64,000 bases of DNA from Tubulanus polymorphus. Lineage: Eukaryota > Animalia > Nemertea. Both the position numbers and the translations under genes were made by a program. Positions within the stretch are counted from its first letter, which is position 1. Every line of letters starts with the position of its first letter. Shown one piece after another: positions 13,218-27,200 of the stretch. The stretch lies in assembly GCF_964204645.1 (NCBI RefSeq), contig NC_134029.1:1922001-1986000 (forward strand). Reading direction: 5' to 3'. Below the pieces are notes generated by a model. The model saw only the letters and a program-made list of their open reading frames with translations, was not told where the DNA came from and searched no databases.

Positions 13218-15254
13218 TAATATGTAGTAGAGCTATGAAATATTATGAACTGTTCGATATGACATTGTAGATCTATATGATTATGAAATATGCAAATTAT
13301 ATCAGGGTGACAGATGCCCCCTTGTCCAATTAAATTTGGTCCTCCAAATTTGCGGAAAACGCAGATGCTATAACTTCATTAAAACCCCTTCCACTGCGAG
13401 AACGTGTAAAATTGAGTTCCACCGTGCGAAAATGTGCAAACGTTGGACAGTAATATCCGGATTCTCAGTCATTCACGAAAGAGTCACATGTTGTCGTTAT
13501 TTACGGACGATGCGATAATACGTTAACTGTGATTTTGAATGATCTGCAGAGAATCCCCGAATTCTGGTTGGTTCTGCGACGAACAGAAGTAGCGACGTGT
13601 TGTGTAGTTATAGCGTCCCGAAGATCAGTTGGTGATGCAAGTTGCAAGTAATGCAAGTGCATTTCTCTGTTTTGAAGATCTTTCGATTACTGACTGGAAA
13701 TAACTTCGTGACACAATGATAGTAACATGCAACATTTGACATCAGAGCAGAGTCCAGGCAATGACACAACCCAAATACAGTTACCCTTGTAAACCAAAAG
13801 GAAAAAATTATCATCATCCAAAATAAGTGGCCAGGTGTAACTGAGATTATATATTTGTCCACATAAAAATTCAACCAATTCATCTTCATGTTTTAGTTAT
13901 ACTAACAAACAAAAAAAAAAACCTATGAAAATGAAGTTGGAAGTTGGACTAGTCATTTTTGAAAGTCCACGTGTTTGAGGAGCTCACATTATAATTCCTC
14001 AAGCACTCCTGGCATTTTCTATAATTGTTGTATGAGAATAAATATGATTTTGAAATTTGTCATTCGTTTGGTTGAATTTGATAAAGCAACAAGTCAAACC
14101 CCAGTAGTCAGACCGTGACTGAAATTTTGAATTTTGAATTTCGCCCTGACATTTTATAATGTCTGTTTTGTATGGAAGACCTGAGGGACATGCTTGTTGC
14201 AAATTGCCAATTGCACCTTTTTTAATCTGTCAGGGCAGGGCGCCAAAGGCACTCATGTTTTAATATTTACCATTTACCAAGGGTCAGACTCGGTGCTGCC
14301 AGAACCCCATCAAATCGTACGAGCTTTATTCGTTTTGTACAGATACTAGCCTACTCCAGACGAGTCAATGAACCGAAACCAGTAAAACTGGTATTTTTTT
14401 AAAATATAAGTTTAAATCACGCTATCATCAATAAGGCCACACGATATACACCTAAGTCACGGTGTAGCAGGCACCAGCAAAGTTCTTTCCCCGAGGCAAA
14501 CATGGAGGCAATAAAGTTGCAAACCAGCTTACCCACTTCAGTGTCATTCTGGTTACATGACATGATAAATTTAAGCTGGTCATCATGATAAACTCTGTAA
14601 TATAGTGAAGTCAGAGATTTGGGAAAAAAAGGAATTTTGGCCAAGTTTGGAACAATCTAGGAGGAAATGCGGCTCATCCTCAATCGAACCATTTTTGCAG
14701 AGGAGGCATACTCTCTATTTTCTATCGGGATTTTTGGTTTTTTATGACGATCCGTTTCAATTCGTAACTTGTGATTACTGACTCTTAATTTTGAAAATAA
14801 ATAATAATAAATTCACGTTACGTTTGTGTTTTGATAAATTGCACCATATTGCATTTAAATGAATGACAGAGATGTCGTGGCGTGTCGTGACCCTGACATC
14901 TCATATCTTGTATGTTGTGTCTTATATCTCGTATGTCGTTCCATAATATAAGTTATGTCACAGCGAATGCCAACTGATAAGCCAATCGCATGCATCCAAA
15001 AATTAAAATGAAACAACATTTTCTTTATAAAAGAGACAATTTCCATTTATTTACAAAGTTACACAGATATTCAATACGTTCTAAACAAAAATGATACATA
15101 ATACAATGACAGATATCTATAGCACCTTGATATATTTTACTGAACACTTTAACCATAACATATTGTTGAACACCTATAAACTATTAATCGAGAAATCATC
15201 AATGGATTTTTTTGAGAATATTTGAAGAGTATTTGGGTCGTCGCAATCGTTTAC

Positions 15255-18200
15255 TCATAAATGTTCAGCTCTGTTACTACGCGTCGTACCGTTATTAGTT
15301 TTACGATGTATCGAATGCACTTCACCTGTGTCAGTCATTACTGTAACCGTTGATGATGGTGGTGGAGGCGGAGGACTGTGTTTACGTCTGTGACAGTACA
15401 ATCCAACCGCAATAATCACTAAAATCACTAAAAATCCTGAGATTCCTAAAACTATCGGTAATAATTTCGACATCATATTGTTTGAGTCAGCGGAGGAGTA
15501 GTTATAAACGCTGTATATTTCTAATGCTTTTGCCGTATAATTCAACGATATACGCGCGATGTTTCTTCCTTTCGTTTGCAATGAATTTGCGTCAGTTTTT
15601 TGTTCACGTTCGATTGAATCGCGTCGAGTACGAGATTTTAATCCTAATTCATGAGTTATACTCCTTTTCCTCACATTATTACCGACGCTTATTGTATAGA
15701 TTGCGTGTAAATACCACTGACGTCCTGCGTCAACCTGAAACGAGAAACGTTTAATGACGATTAGAAGCGAGGAAAGCAATTAATGGAGCAAAATGAATGG
15801 ATTTTGTGGACTTCCCTAAGGAACATTGCAGGGCGGTTCCACGGTGCCTCACGTGAGGTACTCAAAAAATCTAATCCCCTTCTTCAAGAAAAGCATAAGA
15901 TGTTCAAGATGACTTTAGAGCAATTTCATGACGCAAAATTTCCAAGTATATACATACTACATCCGATGGGTTTTTGGGTCGGAGTTTGATGGTGTGCCCT
16001 TATTTCCCAAACAATCATTTCATCGGGAACCTGAATTGCCAACATTGCACTTGTTGAGTATGGCTTGGGTTGATTCCTATCACTGTGCCTTTTTTATTTG
16101 GTGTGGTTATCTAAATTGGACCCTGGATCCACCCGTGCAATGGTTTGATGATATAGGCTGTATACAGCGAGGAGCTATTTACACTTACTTCAAACAGAGG
16201 TCGTGCATCCATGCTGAAACCATCAACACCTGATAATTGTCTCAGTATTTGCCGAGCTTCAATGTCATCCCCCGCTAACATGGCATTGAACTTTATATCT
16301 CTGAATGACTTTTTAACTGTTTCTGGTGAATCTTTGTCCTATTAATGACAATGAAAACGTATTTTCTCAACATCCATACTGGTATTCACATAGTTGAATG
16401 TGGATGAAAATATGATGATTTAAACTTACTAGAATTTTGAAAGTATATAGTAGCTCAGGTGACTGCTCAACGCAACCATATTCACCATTACTAGGATCAT
16501 ATTTAGGCACATATCCATCTTCACCAGTGCAGATAAAAACCTTTTCAATCGTAACTTTGAAAGGAGCATTGACTGCTTTAACAGGATCCATAACCACCCG
16601 GCCATGAATACGGTCATCTACAATATACAAAGTGCATAAGGATGATATTTAGTTTATATTTATATTGCTGGGTTTTATTCAAGAAGAATACAAACCAGGC
16701 ATAAACATTGAATTAGAACTGGTAGTTAATGACTGTACATCATCTGCAACCCATTTATCTTTAGATTTCACCAGTTGAAACTGAGTATCAAGTGTATATT
16801 CAGCAGGAACCGGATCGCTAACTTGCTGGAACCGAACTTTCAAGTCGAAACTGAGAGCACTTCTCGGGGTACACTGTAGCGGAAGACTGTACGGTTGATT
16901 CCAGTTCGTTACACACGGTAACAATTGAATCAAATACTTTCCTGAATAATCGCGAACCTACAAAACATTTCAAATGAAATTTACTTTTGATATGTGCAAT
17001 TATATTCATACAAGTTTTAAGAGACACTCACTGCATAATCTGAGGTGAACCTCCAAGTCTGTTCTGCTTGTACAAATGTAGAATCACTCTGAAGCAATTC
17101 TAATGTAAATGTCATGTCTGGATGATCAGCACATGTAACTACTGACATCATACTAGTTCCTACAAACACAATCATATCACAAGTGATTAAGGTAATTTAG
17201 CATGTGTTGTCTATTTGTTGTAATTCTTGACTTACGTGAATGTGACAGCACGAACTGACCACGGAACCGAGCTACAGTCCGAAACGTTACGACCAGACGA
17301 TTATCTTTACGAATTCTCATACTAGTAGGATACAAATGTCCTGCAGAAAATACCAGATTTTATCAAAATTGAAAACTTAAAAGAGAATCATCAGTTCCAC
17401 AGTTTTGACTCTACTATTTAAATAAGTTTAAGAGTCAAATATGTTACCAGGTTTAGGGTATTATTACCTTGAAGATCAGCACTCGCTGGTGTACTGACTC
17501 CATCTTGCCACAAGACAGCGGTATCATAAACAAATGACATCACAAGTCTTGTATTGAGGTCATAGTTCGCCCATCCACCACGAGCGGCAGGAGAGTGAAA
17601 TATATAGGACAGATAAAACGGAACAGTCACGGCTACGTACGACTGTATTTCATCTTTAACCTGTGAATCAGTAGTAATAGCACCGCCGCAGTCCTTCACC
17701 AGTTCAGACATTGTGTAATAGTTCACAAACTCCCAGCGACATGATTCCAGATTCAGATTCCTAATAAAGAAAGAGTTCCAAAATACTTCATGAATCAATA
17801 TTTTTTAGCTGGTATAATTTCTACTGAAGCGAACAGTTTGAAAATAGGCACTATAGTCTATAGTTATAAATATAATTACTCACTTGTAGAATTTGAGTGT
17901 TTTTGCAGTGCGCAGTGATTTACTGAACTCATGAGGCTGCCAGGAATCCTTACTATTCTCAACCGGTACATAGTTTGTTATGAAACTGAACTTATTGCCA
18001 TTACGAGATGGTATGACCAGGTTTGAACATTTGTGTAGACCTTTACTGAAACTGCTACGACTCAGTGTTAATTCAAAGTTTGACAGAGTTTGAGTAGAGA
18101 ATACTGGTAGCATACCATCTCTATGTGGGATAGATACAGATATAGCTATTGTATTAGGATGCTGAGAGTCCTCTGGACCTGAAAAATATTACGCATTATG

Positions 18201-21200
18201 AAATTCAAGTCTTCTTTTCTTAGCTACACTGCAACTAGTAGAGGTCTCCTACCTGTATATTTTAGTTTAGCGGAGTATGGATCAGCACCGTACGTTCCTG
18301 GGTTCTTTGGCTGACAAATTCCTTTTACAGGGTCGATAGTGACAATATTACTGATAGATTCTAATCCTGGTTCTCCTAATTCATTGACAGCTGTAGCAGC
18401 ACACTGAATCCTACTACCTAAACAATTATAATCAAATAGGTTTTGGTAAAGAAGAATGAATTCATTGTAAAATGAAATTTGCAATGCAACACTTACCTGG
18501 TGAAAAGTAAATGCTGTCCAATACAATTCCTTTTGTAGAAGTGAAAAAAGTATCAGAATCCAAGTTCTTCATCGGAAATGATACACCATCTTCAGCAGAC
18601 GGAGCTGAGGTTTTCCACCGGAATGTAGATAGAGTATCATTGATACCTTGTTGGGCGCAGTGTTTAGTCGTTTTCACATATTCAGGATGGTTGATATTAC
18701 AAGGCTGAAAATATGAAATATCAAGAAATCCGATGAACAATTGATGTTCAGAGATGATTTAGATGAATTTCAACACTTTCAGATGAATAAATTTATAATC
18801 AATATATCATAAAATCTGGGATTGTTCATTATCTTCTACACTGAGAATACATCAGTTTTTCCTTCATCATGGATCCTATTCTTATATTCAAAATATTCTA
18901 ACATTAAGAAAATTCTCATTTGCGCCGTAAAATCAGACTTACAGTGATACAGACAACAGGGTAACCATGTATGGGTGGCTTAGCAATTGCCGCTTCTTCG
19001 TAATCCATCAGTGAAACAATAACTGGTTTCAAAGGAAACGTTACTTCAGTTGGTTTACTCTGGTCTTCTATAAAAACCATCACACGGTTTGTCTGTGCAA
19101 AATAATATCACAGCATTACAGATACAAATATTAAAAAGCATCTCAGACCTGAGTAACCGAGAGACCTACCCCTATATCAGCAATCATAATACGATCTGGC
19201 TGCACGTGAATCGAAAAGGTTTCCGTCAATTCGCGTCGCTCGTCGTGAAGTATTTCGAGAGTAAGAATGTGTTCGGTTACATTCGGCATGAATTCGAAAT
19301 CTATAAAACCACCAAATCATTAAAGAAGTACTGTAGAAATATCTGCAATGAGATTCTTAACACTCATAATATATTACCTTGAGTAAACCCACTATAGTCC
19401 ATTCCAGATTTTGCCGATCCATCTCTAGTGAATACTCGTACAACTGAAGTTTTACTCAGATCTCCCATTCGTTTTAACGGAATACGCAAATACTTTCTAG
19501 AATTTGAATTACTCGGTTCTTTTACGACGTATTGCCTTTTACCGAATCCAATAACTGCTTCTGTAAAACGAAATTAACGCTTGCAGTTTGTATATGTACT
19601 TTCTCTCTCTCACGTTAGTGAACAGTCAATACTTACTGTCCCTTTCATCATTGATTGTAATTACAGTTGTGTTTGGTGATCCAAAAATCACTGAGTTCGC
19701 CACTGATGTCATCCCCAATAATAATCTGAATTCTTCATTTGCTTCATACAAATCATCATTTATCATTTGAACATTGCAAGATTTCTCACGTTCTCCTGTT
19801 AAATGTATATAAAATACGTGATATTCAGTAATCGAACCTAAAATAGATTCATGAGTATTTTTCTATTGAGAGACTCACCGGGATGAAAGGTGATCAGGGA
19901 AAGGTCTGAATTAGGACGTTCGACAAAATCCCGGGCGACCTGTGCTGACCCCTGGCGAGTGTAACAGCGAATTTGATTTGTAAAACTTCGATCCCCTGAA
20001 CGTAATATCGGAACCTGTACCTGACCGGCGGCCTCGTCGAATTCATATTTAGATTTACCGAACTGGAATCGCGGCACTGAAATACAGGAAACGTTTGAAC
20101 CAGGTGAACCACAATTATTCATAATATGCATATTCTTAGAACTGTAATATGCAGCATAATCCTTGCATCGGTTCACGGGTAAAAACAAAGTAAACAAATG
20201 CGATATCGATGAACTTACAAAAAAAGAACAACTAATACTTAGAAGATTTAGGAACTATGTTGTGTTAACATATCGTTTACCAGTTATATAGGTATATACG
20301 AATACAGGTGATTTCTAAAAAATTTATTGAGTCACGGTTTTGGTTTTTTCCTCAGCTGGTTTTTAAAAAGCCAAATTCTAATCAAAATCTCCATTAGATT
20401 TTACAATACTATTAAGAGGCAGTGTAAGTGATTTTTGTGCTAGTGATGTTGGAAGTAAATCCCGTTTACTTAACTCGACCAAAAGTAATTTGTCTGAAAT
20501 ATGACGTAGATTGTAGTTGTAATTGTTAGACAGCTCATTAGTTTGAGACAGGTGCCTCTTAGAGTTGGCATCAAACTATTATACAGCCATCAATGAATAT
20601 AAACAGAACTTTAATTAAAATATACTGAATATTGCCGAGATTTACCTGAGTATTAATAGACCATAATTAGAAACATTGAACTATATATAGACCAGGTTTA
20701 TATTAGCACTGGTACTTAATGCATTGTCATGTCTTCGAACTAAATATAGAAATTAAGCATAGAAAAATAACCTTAGTTGTAAATTTCCTGATGTTATGAA
20801 GACTTAATTAAGTAATTCAAGATATCTAACACTATGAGATGAGTTGGATCGAAGTAACTCTATTTAGGTAACCACAACACAAGGTTACTGTGTAGAATTT
20901 CACGGTTGATTGAACTGAATGAGATTCATGTTACTTCTTTGCAGAGCTGGTATACTGAATTGAATACATCAACGCATAGTTTTTATATTGAATATTGAAT
21001 AAATGTAGTTTTGTTCTATATTGGTGAAACCAGGGGTCCTAATAAATCAAACTAATTTAATCAATATCAGTTGTTGAACATCGATAAAATGATACTAAAA
21101 CAGAGGTTGAGGTCTGTAGAGGTGTACTGAGTAGTTTCCAGGTCTAAAATAGTTGAACTCATAACTGCTGAAATAATGCAAGATCATCATTACTCGTCAA

Positions 21201-24200
21201 TAAACACTTGAGCTCGATATATAAACCTATCAATGATTGATTCCGGCAGCTTCTGAGGTGATAAAATTTCTAAACAAAATATACACCACTGAAAGAAATA
21301 ACTGATGAAGTTCTATTCTAGAGGAGGTGAATGTTCTGACCACCGTAAGGTTAATTATAGTGATATCTCCCTTCTTAAATTAACTTCATAAGATAGTTTT
21401 CAGTAGCAGCGAGCGTGTTTTTTCTATATCAGTCTGGTATGGTTCTCAAATACCGAAGTCATATGAACTATTGAAAAACTTACAGTCAGACTTAGAGTCT
21501 GTAATAATGATCGTAGCTTTGCCCGGTTCACCGATTTCAGCGCCTTCGGGAACGCGTAAAACTACGCTGAATAATTCTTCCCCTTCAAGTTTTGCTCGAG
21601 CCGCGTCGTCGATGATTTTCACGCGTATTTTCTGACGTACGACCCCCGGAGGAAATTCTACACGACGCTGAATCGGGACGTAGTCAACGTTAGCTGAAAT
21701 ATCGAACAATTACGGTAACTGTTTACTGGCGAAGAGAAAAGAACTTTATTAAAACTCGAATAATTTTTTTCGTAAATGTGCAGAAATACAGGTGATTATA
21801 GAAGCGCAAACTGATATATTATCTAAGCAAACAAACTCAGTTATTCCAGAGGAATATCGTGGTAACTTAGACGCATTTTCTAGATTCATGTATAGCAACG
21901 GGTAAAAGAAAAACAATATCTTCATAGAAAGAGTCAATGTAGAGATGAAAAACTGCTCAATATCAGACAGTTTCAACTGTTCTGCTATCTTTGGTCATTT
22001 ATGGTCTGGATTATGAATCATTTTAAGGCAAAATAATTGTAGTTATACCTTCAGCAGTTTGATTATTAGTTTCTCGAGTTCGTACTAAAACCGATGCAGA
22101 CTTAGTGACATCCGGACCGCTGCGAACAATTATCACTTCAGCATGACCTTCACTTTCATCTACAACGTACTCGGCTGAACTAAAATAAACCTGTGGCTCT
22201 AAAACAAAAACAAAATGCAGCATCAGAAGAATATGTATGCATTTTAAGTCATTAAAACATTTCAGCTAATTTCTGTAGGGTTCTAAAGATCAGAGTGAAT
22301 ATGTGATACGAATGGACAGAGAAGGCCAGTAAATGTGGTCCCTTATCTTTCTCCTAGTTTATATCTCTCTTAGTTAGCCAACTGAGTTGAAGATAACTGA
22401 GGTAATGTAAGTGCTATTACATATGTTGAAGTAATATATTACGACATTAATAGCCTATTACTCTGCACCGTAGTTATAGATACCATAAAACTTTACAAGT
22501 GGTCGAACATATAGATCCTAATTCCTACAATGTTTGAGAATCTGGCTTGACGTTGACTTATTGCCCTTTTGTTTCTCTACGGATCGGTTTTATTTTCAAA
22601 CAGATCTCGGTTGATTTTAGAAGATTTACACCAGATATAAACACAATGAATTCACTAGATAAGCTCAGTCAAGTTTCATTTTGATCAAACGTTTACGAGT
22701 TGAATGTTTGACCTTCAGAGGTTCTAATAATCAATAACACACAGTATTTGAAGTATGATCTTCGATTATGGAGGTCTTTCAGATTCGGCTTCATTTAACA
22801 AAATGCTAGAATTGAAATGTAGCATCACATACCAATTGACACAATTTTATCGCGTGGAATCATCGCAAAAATGTCAACTGACATAAAAATACCAACAATT
22901 ATCAGATATAAAACAATTAAGCCTGATGCGGAAAATAAATAAAAATCCCTATAATATGAATATACTGATACCTCTATAAACAGTAACAGTAATTACAGAT
23001 ACGACCTGTAAATTATCGCGACCTGTCTCATCATTTAATGATCTATAATCACTTGTTACGACTAATTTTCACAAACAGATCTCGTTATTTTAGTAAATAG
23101 TTTCTATCTCATTCACTATATACGGTCAACAGCAGTCTGACTACAACTGCATTATATGATTTCAACGTGAGATTATGATACATTCCTCGATAGATGATTG
23201 GCACATTTTCTGGTGACGATGAACATCTAATTCATTGAAAAAGAGAGACCACTGAACATCAAACATACAGTAGATTCCTCTCAAATGCTTTCAAGTTGAA
23301 TTTTTACTAAACCTGAACACAAATCTTAGAACCATTAAGCAACAGAATGTAAATCAAATTCCAATCTATTACAGGCAGTGTCTACTGTGTCACTTTAATC
23401 TTCGCTGCACATCAAAGAAAACTCAACACTTGGAATTATCAAATAAACTGTAAACTCTGACTCTTCATTTTCAATCCTATAAAGTAATATCACATTCTAC
23501 TTACTGTCATTCTCATCTGGTTTGATAGTTATAATAGTAGTATTAATGAGTCCTAGTCGTCCACCGATTGGAACGCTCAATCGAACTCGAAACGATTCTT
23601 GCTCCTCGAATAACGCGTCGTCTATGATCGTAAGACGACATGTTTTCTGTTTCTCGTATCTGTCAAATCTGATCGCGCTCGACTGATCTTCTGGACGCGT
23701 AATATAATCACTGTAAGACGTTACAGTACCCGGAATAGTTCCAGTCGCTGAATCTGTGATGAAAAAAATTACAGATATTGATCGATACTGTCTGAATGAT
23801 TGGTTTAGAATTCTAGCGCAGTAAAGAGATTTCCATCTCGGGTCATTGTATGAAGGGTACCTTTTTGCGTCATAAGGGGCACCCCAACAAAGCGAGCACC
23901 AAAGGCGCATAGCTAACAAAGGGGGTTCAGAAATTTTAGTGTCTTCTGAAGCCATTTCTAGGCATCCGAAACTGAATTTTTATGATGAATCATGAAACAA
24001 ATTCACCAGAAATTAAAAAAGATTTTTGTCAACATTTTTTGGGGAGTCTCAAATTTAAGGGGAGGCCAGACCTGATGTTAACTTTAACTCAACTCATAGT
24101 CATGAAATCAGCCCCTGAGAGAATAACCATAGGAATTTATGAAGTAGCCGAAACCCAGGGTTAAAATAAAAAGAGAAATTGTTATTAGTATTCAGGTTTC

Positions 24201-27200
24201 AGCTTTGTTTTGAGTTATATAAACAGACCTTGTTCCGTAGCACAGATAACCATAAATTCATTCATCAGATCACCAGACCGATGAATCGGCACTGTCAATA
24301 CACCGATATCTTCTGATACATTGTACGCGGCTTCTCTGAACGATACTGTCGATTCTGTAAATATACCATCATTACTTATCAAAGAAAAGCATTTCACAGA
24401 TACAGAAATTATTTAAAAATGAAGAGTATCTTCAATAGGAGAGCTGGCTAATGGAGACTTCATATTATGAATACTGCAGAAGTCAGGACTGTATGCGTAC
24501 CATCTTCAGGATCCCTGACTGTGATCAAAGCCGTAGTTGGTTCCTCAATTAAAGCCATTATCGGTTCACTAATATGAACCCTGAATTGTTCTTCTTTCTC
24601 AAACTGATCATCATCAACCATTCGTAACCTCCATTTCTTACTAGTTTGACCTGTAAACAATAAAACATCTATTTACCACAGAACAATATCGAGTTTCTCT
24701 TATTCCTAATTGTATTGTTTAATGGTATAAACAGCCCACATCACTTAGTGTTATCTCAATGCTGAGAGTTTTACTGGTCAGGTTTCTGTAGAAACATTCA
24801 TAAAGGTTCTCTCATATCTATAGGATAAACATCTAAACTGCTTCAATGCAATTTACATGAACTTACATTTCTGAGATGGTTGAAAAATATAAAATCTATG
24901 CAAAAAAGATTTTATCTTAGAAATTCATATCAGGGGATGTTAGTTACCTGGATTAAATTGAACTTGAGTGGCATAACGAGGCTTGAAATCTTCACTCTTT
25001 CTGGCAGAGCCATCAATGGGTCCGATACCTGATCAAAAACAACATAATACACTTTATCATCAGTTCATATACAAAGAAATTATGTGAAAATCACTTCTTT
25101 TCTTCGAGGCCAACATCGAAAATAAATTAAACATTCCTCCGCGGCTAACTTACTTTTAGAGGAAGCAATATACGCTAAAACAAACTAACAAAATCCATCT
25201 TCAACAAAGGAAGTGTTGTTTAGAAAAAGCTACGAATCTTAAGTTGTTACTTGAAGTTTTCTTATAAACACTCTGTGCATTACGTTCATCTACTAAGACA
25301 TTAGCATTCAATGTTGATGGGGTGGGATAAAAATTTGGATAAACCAGCAGGTATAACATCGGAGCAAAAACCTGATTATCACGCAAAACCACCCACTAAT
25401 ACTGAAACTGGAATTCAAAACATAACACGCAATGTTGATAGCTTCATTCATAATAAAACAAACAAACGTGTATCAATCATTGCTGGGTAGATTCAGGGAG
25501 CACTTTAATTATGCCAATGATAATGGATGTTCATTTTCTCGCTGCAATACAAATCATCAAATTGATTTGTCATTCAAAATTTCCCTGATCCCAACATTGT
25601 TGTATTTGAATGAATGTATCAATGGTAGTTACGATATGAATGACAAGATGACCAACGAGTGGCTGAAAGGGGAAATCCGATTGGCTAACCCTAGTCTTGA
25701 TGTGGTTGATGAATGCCATGCAGTGAACTGAGGTCATTCATGGCAAGTCAGGGGAACTTCCTCGCTATTCCAATATTAAAGTCATACTCTTTACAAACAT
25801 ATCGAGTTGAACCAATGTGTTTATCACAGAAATTTAACTTAACACTTTCAACGATTGACAAATAACCTAAATATCTTAACCATAGATCTTTAAGAATACC
25901 CCGTGACTATGGGACACATCATTTTTATCAGTTTGGGTTACAATATACCTTAAATTATTTATATGAATGAAACATAAGTAAAGTGAAGTAATATCAAAGT
26001 GCTGCAAATGAATACCAAATAAACATGAAGTAAAAACCTAGTACACAGGCACACCTGCCCAAACAAACCCCACACTACTAGACCAAATATTATCCACGCT
26101 GAAGGCTGTCTAATCTATACCTCCCTAAACCAATCCTATCAGTAATAAACCCCAATCTAATCCCTTCAGGGAGGATAAATGATAATCTCTCGACTGCTTG
26201 GTTTTATAACTCAGAGGTCAGAAAACAGCTGAACGTTAGTAATTTGGATAAAGGAAGAGAAAGTAAACCCTCCTTGGATAAAATAAACTTCAGAAATTTC
26301 AAAAATACCAATTCCTGGAGTTTCTGTAAGAAAAATTCAGCAACCAAGGTAAATAAACGGTCTGTAGAAATAATTAGAAAATGCTGATATTCTACAATAC
26401 AAAAACTGAATCTTAAGTCGAGAAAATATGAGAAATATCTCACACATAGAGCCTGAAATGATTACCTGACTGTCAGCACTAAAACACCTTCCATTCGGCG
26501 AGAGGTGAATCACAGTTAAACATAGCGGCAGAAATTTCAAACAGATTTTCAAAACTTTTGAGAAAGTAGTTAAGCTAATGAGTACAATATGCTACTAATT
26601 GGAACTAGTGCCCAGATAGCTGCATAAACTGTGCACTGAAAAAAACCAAATCAGTTCGAGATGATGCTATGTAGGTCTACGAGACTTCTCAGAAATCTAG
26701 CAAATCCTGTACATAATGTTTACTGTCAACAAGCTACTGTGTTTGCAATACGATGGTCTCCCCAAAGTTTTTGTAAATTTCCAATTGAGTAATTGCTTAC
26801 ACAAGGAGGGAAATTGCTACAAACATTTAGATTCATGAAGGGACTTTCAGATAAATGCTCTTACGTTATTGTAAACACGGTCGATGAAGTGTTTAAAACT
26901 GTACACCTGGTGCTGGACCAAACCTCACCTGTGCTGCACATACGATTTTCAATCTGAATTCATCGTGTAGCCTTTAAACCTCGAGTAGTAACCCTTTCTT
27001 ATCGTTTGTCAGCTTTCTTGTAAGCAAGCGTGTTTACATTGAACTATCAGGCATTTACTTCACACATTTTGATAGTCATTAAACATTAAACATTAAAAAG
27101 ATCGACAAGAACCAAAACTAACTCGGCTAATCATTGCTGGATTAAAAACAAGAAACACAAATTTTTAAAAATCTTGTGGAATAACAAACAGGTTGTAAAA

